A stretch of 64,000 nucleotides of DNA. Source: Eubacteriales bacterium. GTDB taxonomy: Bacteria > Bacillota > Clostridia > Oscillospirales > CAG-272. This document shows, in pieces, positions 62,763 to 64,000 of this stretch (position 1 is the first letter of the stretch; every line of letters begins with the position of its first letter). The notes beneath the pieces were generated by a model. The model saw only the letters and a list, made by a program, of their open reading frames with translations. It was not told where the DNA came from and did no database searches. The stretch covers positions 3,390 to 67,389 of the forward strand of contig JBBAEK010000006.1 in the NCBI GenBank assembly GCA_041655935.1, read 5' to 3'. The translations under genes were made by a program, and so were the position numbers.

Positions 62763-63998
62763 TCATTTCAACAGCACGCCGTCCGCCGTGTGGCAAATGT
62801 GCGCGGAATATTTGCCCTTCAGATTTGGGAATGCTTTCAGATACTCTTTTTCAACCTTTTCAAGAATGGATTGTTCAAACGCCGGATCAATCAGTGCCAT
62901 ACAGCACCCCTTGAACCCTGCACCGGAGAACCGACCGCCGTAGATGCCTTCGGTCTTTGTCATAATCTCATAAAGTTTAATGAGTTCCGGCGAGCCGGTC
63001 TCCCAGTTGTAAATCGAGGATTTTCCGCTTTCAAAGGAAAGCCGACCGAACTCTTCAATGTCTCCCCTTCTCCACGCCTCGGCACCTCTTTGCACACGGT
63101 CAAACTCGGTGTACCAGTGTTCGGCACGTTTCGCCCAGTTTTCAGGAAGTTTATCTTTATAATTCAGAAACACTTCATAGGGCACGTCACGCAGGTTGGT
63201 TTCCTCAAATTTTCCGTATTCCATCCCTGCAAACGCTTTGAGCGCATAGGCGGCAGAACGGCATTCGTCCACACGCATATTGAATTTGCTTCCGGCAAGA
63301 GCGCGTTCCAAGCCGCTGAAAAAAATAGCGATTTCGTACGGCTTCATATTCGGATTTTGCGGAATCAATTCATAGGAATCGTCTTTCAGATCCATATAGA
63401 GCAGACTGTTCTTCCGGCAATAGACCTCGCAGGATTGATCCAGTTTTCCGCACGAAACGCCGACATACTTGTTTTCGGCTTCCTTGGAGATTTCAATCAG
63501 TTCCTTCGGCGAAAGTGTGATATTGTTCAGTTTGGAAAGTGCCGACAGGAATGTAATGATGACCGCCGCCGAGGACGAAAGCCCACCGATGGGCAGTTCC
63601 CCGTCCAGCACTGCGCAAAGTGCGATGCGAAGCGGATAACGACTGTTGAGTGCGATTGTTGCACCGCGCAGATGATCTGCCCAGTCGCCCTGCTTTTCGG
63701 TCGGGGTGGAAGCAACGTGCCACTGTGCCCGCTTCGGAAACTGCAGGGAGGCAATTTCAATCACGCCGTTCATCTTCGGTCCGTAAGCAATATGGATTCC
63801 CTTATCAATTGCAAAACCGGTGATTTTTCCGAGTTGGTGATCGCTGTGCGCACCGATCGGGCAAATGCGGTAAGGCGTGAACGCGGTGTATTCCGGCGAC
63901 TTCTTGTAGGTCTTTTCAAACATCTCGATCGCGTGTCGGTTCGCGCCGATTTCCGTGTAGTGCGTCTGACTTCCGGAAACCTCAATCGGAGCATTCTT
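62763..63998 (-). CDS. GHMP-family sugar kinase (galactokinase-like); the 5' end may lie beyond the window
   Basis: The sequences PYRICPIGAHSDHQ (GalK-signature-like) and ELPIGGLSSSAAVIITF (GHMP ATP motif) are present. The frame stays open upstream of the ATG at 63923 all the way to the window edge (...NAPIEVSGSQTHYTEIGANRHAIE-MFEKTY). No SD precedes 63923. Confidence 0.8.
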   Translation of the reverse strand, partial: KNAPIEVSGSQTHYTEIGANRHAIEMFEKTYKKSPEYTAFTPYRICPIGAHSDHQLGKITGFAIDKGIHIAYGPKMNGVIEIASLQFPKRAQWHVASTPTEKQGDWADHLRGATIALNSRYPLRIALCAVLDGELPIGGLSSSAAVIITFLSALSKLNNITLSPKELIEISKEAENKYVGVSCGKLDQSCEVYCRKNSLLYMDLKDDSYELIPQNPNMKPYEIAIFFSGLERALAGSKFNMRVDECRSAAYALKAFAGMEYGKFEETNLRDVPYEVFLNYKDKLPENWAKRAEHWYTEFDRVQRGAEAWRRGDIEEFGRLSFESGKSSIYNWETGSPELIKLYEIMTKTEGIYGGRFSGAGFKGCCMALIDPAFEQSILEKVEKEYLKAFPNLKGKYSAHICHTADGVLLK

Positions 63999-64000
63999 CT

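Noticed and set aside
63770-63994. A 74-aa minus-strand ORF (MLRLRFPEVRRTTRK...).
   Set aside because: It is out of frame with, and overlaps, the GHMP kinase 5' region. Its translation is Arg-rich, so it is a shadow ORF.
1-64000. A search for CRISPR arrays, rRNA and tRNA genes, and intact prophage or integrase genes.
   Set aside because: I saw no regularly spaced direct repeats with unique spacers, no rRNA or tRNA signatures, and no integrase, recombinase or intact transposase ORFs. The only tandem repeats are the intragenic and 43-bp ones listed.

Overview
This is a 64-kb chromosomal window from a GC-rich, spore-forming Firmicute, probably Clostridia of the Oscillospiraceae or Ruminococcaceae type. 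That placement is an inference from gpr, the DUF421/DUF4363/DUF4364 genes, a SigH-like sigma factor, T-box and glycine riboswitches, and consensus sigma-A promoters.

Gene content, left to right:
- **Cell-envelope block (1-13.2 kb, minus strand).** It holds a 3'-truncated membrane-anchored tandem-repeat protein that is missing from the supplied ORF track. It also holds an M16C peptidase, a 1004-aa BspA-type LRR lipoprotein, a MacB-type ABC exporter with an atypical adaptor, and an HtrA-like lipoprotein protease.
- **T-box unit.** A T-box leader sits in front of an acyl-CoA-synthetase-like adenylating enzyme.
- **Small membrane genes.** An ECF S component, then DUF421 and DUF4363.
- **rlmB operon.** rlmB, a catalytically degenerate P-type-ATPase homolog with a roughly 430-aa disordered N-terminus, and the TIGR03960/TIGR03936 radical-SAM pair.
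- **Mixed housekeeping and sporulation genes.** A zinc-ribbon protein, a sigma factor, DUF4364, an orphan family-5 binding protein, gpr, fba, and a polar amino-acid ABC importer coupled to a YerC/TrpR-like protein.
- **DNA repair and helicase.** A YhaO/YhaN (SbcD/SbcC-like) pair, uxuA, and a 1596-aa DEDD-exonuclease + RecQ + UvrD fusion helicase.
- **AraC-controlled sugar cluster.** A Gfo/Idh/MocA oxidoreductase, a type-I-dehydroquinase-like protein, an SDR and a GH2 enzyme.
- **Peptidase and glycine cleavage.** An M3 oligoendopeptidase, then a glycine-riboswitch-controlled gcvT-gcvH-gcvPA-gcvPB-lplA-lpdA operon.
- **Right edge.** A decayed IS5-family remnant, followed by a more AT-rich nucleotide-sugar locus (ugd, UDP-GlcA 4-epimerase-like, nucleotidyltransferase, GHMP kinase).

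No rRNA, tRNA or CRISPR array was seen.

Most interesting observations:
1. A 94-nt module made of an extended -10 promoter plus three hairpins occurs twice, upstream of rlmB and upstream of the giant helicase. The copies differ by loop-only variation and a compensatory stem change.
2. The T-box controls a non-aaRS adenylating enzyme.
3. The P-type-ATPase homolog appears to be a pseudoenzyme and is translationally coupled to the radical-SAM pair.
4. The tri-domain helicase has an unusual architecture.

All functional calls are by-eye motif recognition; no database search was run.
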